Source of the DNA: Anthoceros angustus
Lineage: Eukaryota > Plantae > Anthocerotophyta
Direction: 5' to 3'
NCBI GenBank assembly: GCA_010909165.1
Contig: MU008151.1
Span: 496,001 to 560,000 of the forward strand
DNA: 64,000 bases
Positions 9,180-23,147 of this stretch are shown piece by piece. A program made the position numbers and the translations under genes. The notes below the pieces were generated by a model. That model saw nothing but the letters and a program-made list of their open reading frames with translations, had not been told where the DNA came from and ran no database searches. How positions within the stretch are numbered: position 1 is the stretch's first letter; the number at the start of each line of letters is the position of its first letter.

Positions 9180-12100
9180 CTTTTTTTTTTTTTACTACCT
9201 ATGTGCGACCTCCATATCGGTGACCTATGTGCGATCTCCATATCGGTGACCTATGTGCGATCTCCATATCGGTGACCTATGTGCGATCTCCATATCGGTG
9301 ACCTATGTGCGACCTCTATATGTGTGACTTATGTATGACCTCATATATGTGTGACTTATGTATGACCTCATATCGGTGATGAAGAAGAAGAATATATTGT
9401 AGTCCACTTGGACCTCTATATCGGTGATGATAGAAACAGTAACTTCCTGTTTTTCATACCGAAATATTTTATTGAGGTGAAAAACGATGGGAAAAGCCCA
9501 TCTAGGAGGGGACAACCAAAGAGGACCAGGGGTCAAGGTGAAGAGGAGCAAATAAGCTCCCTACCTAAAGTCACCCATCGCACCCACAATGTCATATCAC
9601 GGAAGAATAAGCGGCGCAAACCACTTGAGGTAGAGGAAGATCGTCACCTCTTGCCGCCTTGTGGAGGATCGCGTTGAGAGCGCCCGTTGAAGGGCAATTG
9701 AAACCCGCTGTCGGAAGTATCTTTGAAAATCACGAGAGACTGACCCGCTTTGCTACGTGCATGGTAGCTTTACGAGGACTTGACAAATTTGTCAAAGTCC
9801 TCGACCATTATCGTTTCTAGTGCAAGCGGAATAAAGAGGTGGCCGCTTGCATCACGCAATATTGCGGACCTTGAGAGCCGCGGCATAACTGAGCCAGTTA
9901 GTGATGACCGAGCGAGATGGTGTCTCGTAGGATCGGTAACCACCACATACGCCACGACACAGTATACGGACAAGGTATGTCACCGATTGAACGACCAGAC
10001 GGAGAGTATACATCCGCTCCCTCCATGCCATGTAGCCGCTTTAGACGATGGCGAACATGACATCGCGGATGGCGCCGTGAGTGTAACAGTCTGACTTAGT
10101 GGGGACAACGAGCAAGGTGTACCCGTAATCATCGAGGCGAGCCGCACTCGCAAGTAAGGCGAAGAAGCCACGGTGGCGGGCCAGAATCGCATCGCGATGG
10201 TGAAGGTGGTTGGTGCGATGTGAAACCCGTATGCATGGGCGGGCCAATAGCCAAGCACCGCGCCTTCCTGCAACAAGAGCGAGCCGCCTTGTGGACACAG
10301 GGATGGAGGGGTCTGAGGCGGAGCTGGCGGTACTTCTCGGCGAGATGCTCGCAACCCCTGAAACCATCGATAATAAATGTCGAGAAAGGAGGTCCTTGAG
10401 CATCCATGATAACATGTCCCTAACACCTCAAGGACGCTTGAGAGAGAAGGTTCCCTCCTCCACACTGATACGAGATCCTCCGTAAAGGGCCTGCCATGGA
10501 GGATGAACCGAGAAGCCAAAGCAGGGTAGAGAGGGCCCAAGCCTTGAAAGCCGGGGAAGAGACCTCCAGAGCGGAACTGTGCCTCCAAATTGCAGTAGGG
10601 CGCGCCGCCAGGCGAGATCGCCCATAGGGCACTCAAAAGCCCCAGGCCCGGGATGTCCCCGAGTATCCATAATCTTCCTATCAAACCGCAATGGACAAAA
10701 GTGTCGAGGAGGGGTCTGGATGAGGTAACCGGGCGCCTAGCAAAAGCAGGAGGAAAGAATTCCAAAGGCCACTGTGCATCCTCCAGCAAAGGAGGTCCTC
10801 GACATGGGAGAGGTCATGAGAGCCCGTCCAGAAGCTCCGATGAAGTCGGGAACCAAGGGGACCCCCATCCACATGAGTCAGGCGGAGCAATCTCCCAGTA
10901 AAATTGCAAAGTAGGTAGAATCCCGACGGAGACCAGACACTTGGGCGGCTTGACCTTCAAGCCCACGAAAGCTCGCCGAGCCGCCGAGCAGATGCTCGCA
11001 ACCCCTCGAAACCATCAAGAATAAATGTCGAGAAAGGAGGGAAGTCCTTCCGAGCATCCACGATAACATGTCCCTAGCTTGCCTCAAGGACGCTTGAGAG
11101 AGAAGGTTCCTCCACACTGATACGAGATCCTCCGTAAAGGGCCTGCCATGGAGGATGAACCGAGAAGCCAAAGCAGGGTAGAGGGCCCAACCGCCTGTGA
11201 AAGCCGCCGGGGAAGAGACCTCCAAGAGTGCACTGCTCCAAATTGCATGTAGGACGCTTGCTGGGCCGACGCCCATAGGGCACTCAAAAGCCCCGAGGTG
11301 ATGTCCCCGAGTATCCATAATCTTCCTATCAAACCGCAATGGACAAAAGTGTCGGGGATGGAGGCAACAGACGGATGAGGTAACTGTGGCGCCTAGCAAA
11401 ACAGAGGAAAGAATTCCAAAGGCCACCTGCATCCTCCAAAGAAAGGGAGGTCCTCGACATGGGAGAGGTCAGCGAGAGCCCGGTCCAGAAGCTCCCGATG
11501 AAGTCGGGAACCAAGGGGACCCCTAGAACTGCAGCCCCAGAGCCGAGCAATCTCCCTGGAAATTGCAAAGTAGGTAGAATCCCGACGGAGACCGACGCAC
11601 TTGGACATTGACCTTCAAGCCCACCAGAAGCTCATGAGAGAAGAGCTCAAAGGCCTCCTTAACTTTGTCCCTGTGCCCGAGGATGTGAGAGTCGTGCCAT
11701 GAAGGGACACACGGTTGTGGGAGGCGGCCCTAGAAAGGGCCCTATAGTGAGCAATGGCGAGAGCACTTCTTTTGTCTTGCACAGTCTGTGATTCCAAGGC
11801 AGGCAAATCCACGAAGAGACGTTCTTGTCTTTGGTAGTAGAGGTTGGAGGACCTCCGGAAACGGACAAAAGGTATAAGGCTCCCGGGCACGCCATCCCTA
11901 AGCTCCTCGATGGCCCTAGAGATGGTATTGAAGGCGTTCTCGACATCAACTGTAAGACCACCCACTCGGGTGGGTATCAAGGCATGCCTTCACTCCAAGC
12001 ACCATGCACTCACCCTGAGTGGCAATGCCAAATTGAAGGGGTTGAGGTCTTCTTGAAGAAGAGGCGGCTGAAGGGCAATTGAAACCCGCTGTCGGAAGTA

Positions 12101-15100
12101 TGCCGTGAAGTACGAGGGATCAAGACCGGTTCTACGCATGGTAAGCTGGCAGACTTGACAAATTTGTCAAAGTCCTCACCATTGCCCCATACGCTTTAGT
12201 GCAAGCGAATAAAGAGGTGGCTTGCATCCCGCAATATTTGCGACCTTGAGAGCCACCGCCTCAGCCAACCTCGGAGCTAGTGATGACCGAGCGAGATGGT
12301 GTCTCGTAGGATCGAACCACCACATCCGCCATCAAACCGTCGACAAGGTATGTCACCGATTGAACGACCAGACGGAGAGTATACATCCGCCTCCTCCATG
12401 CCATGTAGTGCCGATGGCGAACATGACATCGCTGGATGGCGCCGTGAGTGGCAATGCGATGACCGAGGGACAACGAGCAAGGTGTAAATCATCGAGGCGA
12501 GCCGCACTGCAAGTAAGGAGCGAAGAAGCCACAGTCGAGCAGCCAAGACGGAATCGCATCGCAGAGTGAAGGTGGTTGCGCGATGTGAAAACCCCGATGC
12601 ATGGGCGGCCAACAGCCAAGCACCGCGCCTTCCAACAAGAGCGAGCCGCCTTGTGGACCTGGGATGGAGGGGTCCCGGAGGGCGATCGAAAGCTCGCCGA
12701 GCCGCCGAGATGCTCGCAACCCCTCGAAACCAAGAATAAATGTCGAGAAAGGAGGGAAGTCCTTCCGAGCATCCACGATAACATGTCCCTAGCTTGCCTC
12801 AAGGACGCTTTGGAGAGAGAAGGTTCCCTCCACACTGACACGAGATCCTCCAGAAAGGGCCTGTCATGGAGGATGAACCGAGAAGCCAAAGCAGGGGCAG
12901 AGAGGGCCCAACTGCCTAGGAAAGCCGCCGGGGAAGAGACCTCCAGAGCGCACTGGCTCCAAATTGCATGTAGGACGCTTGCCGGGCCGACGCCCATAGG
13001 GCACTCAAAAGCCCCGAGCCCATGATGTCCCCGAGAGTATCCATAATCTTCCTATCAAACCGCAATGACAAAAGTGTCGGGGACGGAGGCAACAGACGGA
13101 TGAGGTAACTGTGGCGCCTAGCAAAACAGAGGAAAGAATTCCAAAGGCCACCTGCATCCTCCAAAGAAAGGGAGGTCCTCGACATGGGAGAGGTCATGAG
13201 AGCCCGTCCAGAAGCTCCGATGAAGTCGGGAACCGGGGGGGACCCCTAGAACTGCAGCCCCAGAGCCGGAGCAATCTCCCTGGAAATTGCAAAGTAGGTA
13301 GAATCCCGACGAGACCGTGACACGGCACTTGGGCCTTGACCTTCAAGCCCACCAGAAGCTCATGAGAGAAGAGCTCAAAGGCCTCCTTAACTTTGTCCCT
13401 GTGCCCGAGGATGTGAGAGTCGTCACAACAAGGGAAGACACAACCTGGCTGAGAAGGCGGCCCTAGATAGGGCCCTATAGTGAGCAATGGCGAAGAGAGC
13501 ACCGCCTGTGGGGTCGCCTTGCCCGGTACTGGCCGATTCCAAGACAGACAAGAACTCAAGAGACGTTTGTGCTAGTAGAGGTTGGAGGACCTCCGTAGAA
13601 GCACCGGACAAAAGGTATAAGGCTCCCAACGCCAAGATCCCTAAGCTCCTCAAGATGACGCCCTAGAGATGGTATTGAAGGCTTCTCGACATCAACTCAG
13701 AAGACCACCCACCCGGTGGGTATCAAGGCATGCCTTCACCCAAGCACCATGCACTCACCCTGAGTGGCAATGCCAAATTGAAGGCTGAGGTGTCAAGAAG
13801 AGAGCGCAATCAAGGGCACAGTGCGGCCGAGTAGTCGCATGAAGGCCACGACCGCGAGTGGGCGCACGCGAACTGAGGCGAGCTTGTCCATAGCGACAAG
13901 CACACTGCTAAGAACATGGGAAATCCGGTGGGCGTCTCACCGAAGCCGCGCACGGAGAAAAGAGCTCGGGAAGCCGCTAGATGGATCTTGAGGAGAAAAG
14001 GTCCCCGAGGTGTTCAAACACCATTCCCGACAACCCGGCATGAAAGACGTGGGGTCAGAAGAGAGCGCAATCAAGGGCAATAGTGCGGCCGAGTAGTCGC
14101 ATGAAGGCTTCGACCGCGAGTGGGCGACGCCTGGGCAGCGTGCTTGTCCATAGCGACAAGCCGCTAGCCGCAAGAACATGGGAAATCCGGAGCCTCACCC
14201 CGAGCCACCAGAGCTGGGAAGCCGCTAGATGGATCTTCGGGAGAAAAGGTCCCCGAGGTGTTCAAACACCATTCCCGACAACCCGGCATGAAAGACGTGG
14301 GTCGAGAGAGCTGAGCAAAAGCCGCCCGATCCAGAGAGAAGGGATCCTCCGGACGAGGTCCTGGGGATATGTCGGGGATGGCATCCTTGGGAGCCGGATG
14401 GAGGCACGAGGGCAACAATGGTCTCCTCGAGGCGGGGCTAGGGGAGGGGTCGAAGAGCCTGGCGCCTTGGCTCACTGCAGCAGTTGGTTGCATTACCGGA
14501 CTGCTGCTATGCAGATTCCGCCCGAGCCTTGGCAAGACGCAAAGCCTCCTCGGAGGATGCCCGATCCAGAGAGAAGGGATCCTCCGGACGAGTCGATATG
14601 TCCGGGGATGGCATCCTTGGGAGCCGGATGGAGGCACGAGGGCAACAATGGTCTCAAGCGGGGCTAGGGAGGGGTCAAGAGCCTCGGCAACAAGCATACC
14701 ACCGCCTCGCCAGCCTTGCAACGACGCAGTTTGTTGCATTACCGGACCTGCTCCAACCGGCGGATTCCGCCCGAGCGGCTAACTTCCGGTGCCAGGCCCC
14801 ACCCCTAGAACAGAAGGCACCACCGGGAGAAGCGGAGAAGGCACCAAGCTAACTCGTCCTTGGGATCGGCGCAAGGCGATCAAGGGAAGGCAGGCATAAG
14901 CGGGCATCATCATGAAGGTGGCGGGGAAGGCTGCGGAAGATGCGCGGGCATGGAAAGCGGGTTTCAAACATCCCAAGTATGTGATCCAGCTGACCCCGCA
15001 ACCATTCCCAGGAAGAGAGAGGCACCCCACGATGGACGATACTGGACGCCGGAGCCTGCACTGCGGAACTGGAGGAGGTCGCAATGTGCACTTGGGCAGC

Positions 15101-15890
15101 CCAAGTAGTCTGGTCGAAATCTTTATGCATGTGCCCAATGTGGGTTTTCACCCCCTTGACACCGCAGCAGAGTTGAGCACAGACAGGACACTCCGTGTCC
15201 TTAACGGTCACAGGAGGTGTAGACCGCCCCATTGGTACTAAAAGAACCCATAAGCGGGTCGCGGCAGGGCAGGAGGGGCCAGGACAAATGACCCGGGCTG
15301 GTGTGAGCTCCGTATGGCGAACCCCAAAAGGCCGGCCAAAGAGCTCTGCCTAGAGGGACTGCAACCCACAGAACCACTGCCGACCCACCAAACTAGCGCC
15401 CGCACCTGCAACTCGCAACCCAAAAGCTGGGGGTAGGAAATCCACCAACTACCGAAAAGGAACTGAACAAAATTGGGAAAAAATAAATTCCCACCGCCAC
15501 CGCAGCAACACACGCACTGGCCGCAACTCCGGTGGCACACTAGCGGCGTGAACCCCAGCCGGGCCCCACCCCTGGAGCCGTAGGCAACCAGGGCTACCTG
15601 CACCGTCTGCCGGACTCCGGCCAACCTGCCCACCCTACCTCCGGAGGCACACCTACCACCGCAGAAGCCGGGCCTTGCCTTCGTCCCGGACAGCCCGGTC
15701 CCGCGGCAGCTGGGACCTGCCCCGGAGCCCTCGCCTCTGCCCTCACCTCGTCCTCTGGCACTGCCACGGTCTGCTGCACACCGCAACCGCGCCCGCACCA
15801 CAATCGCGCCCGGTGGTACCGCACCGTGCCCCCGCCCTTACCGCACGGCGCCCACTTTTTCATACCAGCCGTATACATTAGGGTCCGGCT
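9180..15890 (-). mobile_element. CRE-like non-LTR retrotransposon (N-terminal C2H2 zinc finger, RT, C-terminal RLE), frameshifted, with staggered internal duplications
   Basis: Minus-strand fragments: CPVCAQLCCGVKGVKTHIGHMH (C2H2), VDVENAFNTISR and GQGDPTGGALFAIAH and DDSHILG (RT motifs), THGAIRDVMF, VVVTDPT, FIPLALET, FRQRVSIALQRA (RLE end). A T-run at 9180-9193 corresponds to a poly(A) tail on the minus strand. The 5' boundary is approximate. Confidence 0.85.
9198..9425. repeat. 26-bp tandem repeat in the retroelement 3' region
   Basis: cctatgtgcgatctccatatcggtga x4 plus degenerate copies. Confidence 0.9.
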
Positions 15891-16159
15891 GTATCTATAC
15901 ATATCAAGTATTTACATACCGTACATCGAAACGGTGACACGAAATTGGTTGCACATGCGCGAGCTGACTAACAAGCAGTAGGCGAAAGAGGTGTGCAGAT
16001 CGGCTCGCATCGGCACAGGACTCGGTGCGACTCGCGTCTCGAGATCGGCAGCTGCTGGCGTAGGCTGTTGCGTGCGCGCGGTGGGAGCAGGCAGAGCCAG
16101 GGAAGAGCGCATGTGTGTGGCGAGGCAGAGGCAGCGGTAGCGGAGGCCAGGTTGCGCCG

Positions 16160-16202
16160 CAGCAAGAGCAGCAGCAGCCGCAGCAGCAGCAGCAGCAGCA
16201 GA
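16160..16202. repeat. (CAG)n microsatellite upstream of the KH gene
   Basis: agcaagagcagcagcagccgcagcagcagcagcagcagcag. Confidence 0.8.
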
Positions 16203-16659
16203 AGGACCTTATGTTGCAGCAGCCATGGCCGCGCAGGAAGCAGCTGCGGTGCAGACTCGGAGCCAGTTGCCTCCCCTGGCGGGGAGAGTAGGGTAGGCAG
16301 GCAGTTGCACTGGCGGGAGCCGGAGCTTGCAGTTAGGGTGTCATCCGGTGCCTGGGCGGAGCGGGAGCAGGGTTGGGCCGGGCTGGGCTGTTGCGCGCGG
16401 GGTTGGGGAGGGGCAGGGGGCTAAGGTCGGGGAGAGGGCGGCATAGCTGGGGTTGTGGCTGCCGCACCAGACCACACCAGACCCCTGGGGTTGGAGCTCA
16501 GGACCCGACCGAAGCCTGTGGCTGTTAGGGCAAAGGAATTGCTGCGGTTCCGAGGCCAGGAAGCGCGTCTCGGAGAGGGAAGGAAGGCAGGGAAGGCCAG
16601 GAAGGAAGTTGCAGGAGCAGGATTGTTAGCAGCCCCGAGGATCTCGCAGTCTTGTTGCC

Positions 16660-19600
16660 ATGGATGCGCCGTATTCCGGCTCCTCGGGCCACGCCTACTC
16701 GGGGTCTTCCAAACGGCCGCACCCGCACTACGACCGGGAGCCAGCGGAGCGCAACGGGCGGCACAAGCGGCGGATGCACTACGTGGAGCAGCAGCGCCCG
16801 CCCCCGCCGCCGGTCAAGGCGCCGCCGGCGGAGGACACGGTGTTCCGGATACTGTGCCCGGGGTCCAAGATCGGGAGCGTGATCGGGAAGGCGGGGAGCA
16901 TCATCAAGTCGCTGAGGCAGGAGACGAGAGCGAAGATCAAGATCGTGGACGCGGTTCCCGGGGTGGACGAGCGCGTCATTATCATATCCTGCTCTGAGAA
17001 GGGGTACCGGGAGCGAGGTAAGGATAGGGACGGGGGCAGAGATGGAAGGTCCCGGGACGGGGATAGAGACGATAGTGACCGGGAACGAGAGCCGGGGCCT
17101 AGGGATAGAGACGGCAGGGACAGGGATGGGGACGACCGAGAGGGCGTCTCGCCTGCGCAGGAGGCTCTGTACCGCGTACATGCCCGGATTGTGGACGGGG
17201 AGAGCAACGAGGAGGATGTGGAGGACGAGGATGCTGCGCATCATTTTACTACCAGGCTGCTGGTGCCCAACAACCAGATCGGTTGCCTGCTTGGAAAGGG
17301 CGGCAAAATTATCGAGCAGATGAGGCATGAGACTGGGGCCCAAATCCGGATTCTGCCCAAGGACCAGCTCCCCGGCTGCGCTCTGCCCACTGATGAGCTT
17401 GTCCAGGTCTGTAAGCTTGTTTTTGTTTAGTTATTTTTCGTTTTGCGGGGTGGGCGGTAGTTGGGTTTGTTGGTGTTGCCTACGAGGTGGAGTGTGATGC
17501 AGGTGTATGGCGACCTGGCTGTCGTGAAGAAGGCTTTGCATGCGATCTCAGCTCGCCTGCAGGAGAATCCCCCTAGAGAACGGCTTCAAGGAGCATCTAT
17601 GTTGTCCCATCCGTCCCCGCTGCTTTCGGGGGGTTCCTTGTTATCTTCAGGGAATTTCCTGTCGCAAGTGAATTCTCTCATGGCTCCAGGTAATGGCGGG
17701 AGCCAGGGATTTCATCTGGGACCATCACTCTCCACGTTGGGTAGCCTAGGAGCGGGCGGTGGAGGAGGTTGGCAGTTTCGGTCACCCAATGGCCCCGTCC
17801 TTCCTTCCCGTGGCGGTGGTCCTCTGCATGGAGTGAAGGAGGCATCGGTCGACAACGAGCTCATCTTTCGCATTCTGTGGCCGAATGACAAAATCGGAAG
17901 TGTTATCGGAAAGAAGGGAAATATTATCAGACAACTTAGAGAGGAGACAGGTGCCCGAATAAAAATCGCTGATGCAGTTCCGGGTACAGAAGAACGGGTT
18001 ATTATTGTTTCTGCCAACGAGGTAACTGTTCTTGGAGCATCCCTTGTTGTGCATGACATGGCGGGTTTACCAGTGCTTATGGTGGATGCGGATTATGGCA
18101 CGTTCCAAGAGGTAGCTGACAAAGGGTTTTTGTTGACAGTCTCCAGATGAGGTGGTATCTCCAGCTGTGGATGCTGTCCTGCAGGTGCAAAATAGAGCAG
18201 CAGATTTTGGTGCAGAGAAGGATGGTACAACTACAACTAGGCTGCTTGTCCCCACAACCCAAATTGGTTGTTTGTTGGGGAAAGGGGGAAGCATAATATC
18301 AGAGATGCGGAAAGCCACACGTGCTACTATTCGGATTCTACCGAAGGATGCTTTGCCTCGATGTGCTTTGGAAACAGATGAGCTGGTTCAGGTGGGACAC
18401 CGGCATCTCATCCTTACTGGCTGCTCTCCAATACCAAGGAAAATAAACGCGTTTGAACGATGTATGGCTTAGCTGCGTGGACTTATTTATGCTGGCGTTT
18501 TTGTTTGCAGATTGTTGGTGATCTGAATGTTGCTCGAGAGGCTTTAGTCCAAATAACATCTAAGTTGAGGAGGAATTTTTTCCTCGAGCGAGATACAGGT
18601 GGGGGTGGAGGTAGTTACCAGTCCTCACTTTCTGCTCTTGGTCTTGGTGGTCATATTCCCTCAGGTTACGGAGTAGGACATGAGCCCGGATCACCAGGGG
18701 GAATGTACTCCTCTATGTCTGGATTAGGCTTACAAGGAGGACGGTTATCTTCTGGATACGGCAGTCTAGGCTCTCCTCCCGGATCTTGGGGTGTGCAGGT
18801 AAATCTCTTGCCTCCATAACTTGTATTTGTTTGTTGCCTGTCTGTTTTGTGTCGTGGCTTGTGAAATTCCTTTTGTTGCAAAAGGAGGTCAACGTAAGTC
18901 CAGTCCAGAGAATAGTATGGCTTAAATTTTGGTTAGGGTAAGCTTATCTGACGTTCCCTTGGAATGAAAGGGTGGTGGACTGGGCGACCTTGCCTCATTT
19001 GGTGGAGGTCTTGTGCATCAGATGCAGTCAAGTGGCGGAGGGTATGGAGGGTATGTTTTTTAAATTCATACTCTTGTTCATGCTCTACCTGTGCATGCTG
19101 TGCCTTCTGCATGAGTGATATCATGCTAGCTCAGTCCAATCTCTTAGATATTCGTTATTAGATAGATGCTCCATAAGCCTTCCAGCTGCCCTTTCATATC
19201 CCTTTACTTATATTAGTGTCAAGCCTTTACAGTAGCTAAAAGCTGATTCAAAAATCCAGGGGAGGCAGATCCATTGGTGGCCTTGTAACAAATCTAGCGG
19301 GTACAACCGTGGAAGTGGTGATACCAAATACCGCTGTGGGATCCGTTATTGGGAAGGGAGGGAGTAACATTGCCAATATCCGACAGGTATACACTGTGTA
19401 CTGCGGAGACATTGTTTCCTCTGGGGTGGGTGTTTGAAAACTTCATGATAGGGGTGGTTTAGAAACGCATTGTTGTGCATTAGCCAAAACTCAGCATTAC
19501 TGCTCCTGCAGCTGTCTGGTGCGAAAGTGAAGCTGCATGATCCAAGGCAGGGAACTGCGGACCGTGTCGTTGAAATTTCAGGAACACCAGAACAGACTCA

Positions 19601-19688
19601 TGCAGCACAGAATCTTCTGCAGGCCTTTATTCTCAACGGCCAGTCGCCGTCACTTCCCGGGATGATGTCTTCTGGATATGCTGGCTGA
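16660..19688 (+). CDS. KH-domain RNA-binding protein with five KH domains (HEN4/RCF3-like); about 7 exons
   Basis: Repeated IGSVIGK.G / IGCLLGKGG GxxG loops. GT-AG exons approx. 16660-17406, 17503-18021, 18140-18391, 18511-18798, 18971-19050, 19260-19386, 19512-19688. Confidence 0.9.
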
Positions 19689-21408
19689 TGAGTGGTGCAG
19701 GTAAAGCTTTCTGCTGACAGTCCCAGCTATACCTTCAGTTCTGATTTCCTAGCTGGTTCCTGCTTTTCGATTCCTGCCTTGGCTACAGAACCTATGTTGC
19801 GGACGATGGGTCTGGTTGTTGAGAGCCAGCACTTTGTCGCTCCAGTTTCCTTGTGTCTCAATTGATTTTCACCAAGCCTGCTCATAAAAGTCGCTGCAGG
19901 GCCATTCTGATTCACTGGGTGTACCTTGTGCCTCTTCCTTCCTCCTTTCCTAAAACAGCCGCGATACAAGAAGCCTGGAGCCAGATCACCCCATGCCGCA
20001 GCCTCAACCACTTACTGATGGATTTGAAGACCCGAGCCGTCGAAGCCCATCCTTCCCAAGCTTGAGTTATAGGTGGACCGGCTCCCTCTTTTGAGGAATT
20101 ATTGAAGCCTCATGTGTGTTCTCTTTGGTTTAACCCTCTCACGCTGCCAAGGGGGGAGTGACAGAAGCTTCATTATTCCTTACTCTTCAGGCCTTCTTCT
20201 GCTCTCGGAGACATGGGTTAGACTTGGAACTCAGACTATTTATGTGGCAGCAGGATGGCCATTGTAGATGCACTGCCCAGATAGCAATGTCACTGCTCTG
20301 TCCCAGATAATTCCAGCCAGAGCCAGTGTGAAGTAAAACTTGCAGTGATCGTGTTGCCTAGTCTGGGCCGGTTTGTTTTGTTGACCCTTAATTGGACTCT
20401 AGGACATTGCAATCTAGGCTTGTTATATTGCAATGACGATTTTTGTGTAGCTCTCTCTTGGTCCCACTCAAGCTTCCGTCACTAGTTTGAGGACCAGGGT
20501 TCTGGGAATGTACAGCTTAGAACTTTGTTGGATATGCTTGCCATCTGCCTGCATCATTGTGTTTCCAAGGCACTAGAAATCCCCGTCAATCCCTGTCGGA
20601 GTGGGCTTACGTTTTTTCTTTAACTCTTTCTTGAGATTCTGTGTTATCCTATCCGAACAGTAAAAGGTGCAAGGAGCCGGTATGTCTTGAGTGGAGAAGT
20701 GAGATAGCACAGTCTAAAATGTTTCTTGCTTCCTTCGTGATCTTGCATTTGTCAGTTATGGTTTTGAAATATGTGGCTCTGGTTTCCTGTGTCTTGTTCG
20801 TTTGGCTACAGTGTCACAGGCTTCAGCTGTCCAGTCCAGAGTATTCAGGTGTCTGAGGCTGGAAGGTAAGTGACCAATCTACAACTGAAAGGTGAGTGCT
20901 GTGTGAGGAAGTCTTGGAAATGTACAATGTGACAGGCTTTGGGGCCTTTGATTGTCTTTCTGTTCAGCTTTGTGGTCTAAGTAAAAAGAGTTCTAACCAT
21001 TGCTATGGTGGTGTACTTCGTCGCCCTACGGTGGATTGATCGCGGAGAAATGAAAGCGGATCCTGGGGTGCACTTATGGAGGTTGTCGTTCGGGTTCTTT
21101 GTCGCTTTCTTGCCCGATATTTTTCGGGTTCGAAGTCGTCCCCTCGCTCTGCAAAGTTCTGAAGTTGTTGAAGCGAAGTTTAACCTATGGAGATGTATGG
21201 TGTAAAACTAGAATTGTACAAACAGGATAGGCTTGGGTCCCAGAGGTGCACAATGGGTAAGCTCTCTCACCATTTTGCAACAGGTAAAGTGGCCGCAATC
21301 GTGGTCGGCACTGAATTAGTAAAAAGGAAAAGCGTCGTCTTAACGACGTGGCCGTATTGAAATTCCCGATCGAAACTCAAAGATCAAAAAGGAACAGGGA
21401 TCTTGATG

Positions 21409-22920
<1,512 letters not shown>

Positions 22921-23147
22921 GGCTGGCCGGGACTGTGGGCAAAGCTTAAACCCTTAGGCTAGATACTAATATACACAGGAACACATATAAACTCTTCACA
23001 CAGAAAGAATGAGATGGATAGGAAAAAGCGTGAATCTAGCCTACGCGGGTTACAATGAAACTAAATACAAACTGCTGCAATGCTGCAATGTAGAGGGGTT
23101 CTCTCATCTAGAATTGAGAGGCTGAGCAATGCTGTCTTCAAAGCTGC

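Noticed and set aside
16525-17343. 272-aa antisense ORF over KH exon 1
   Set aside because: Shadow of a GC-rich, RD-repeat-containing coding exon.
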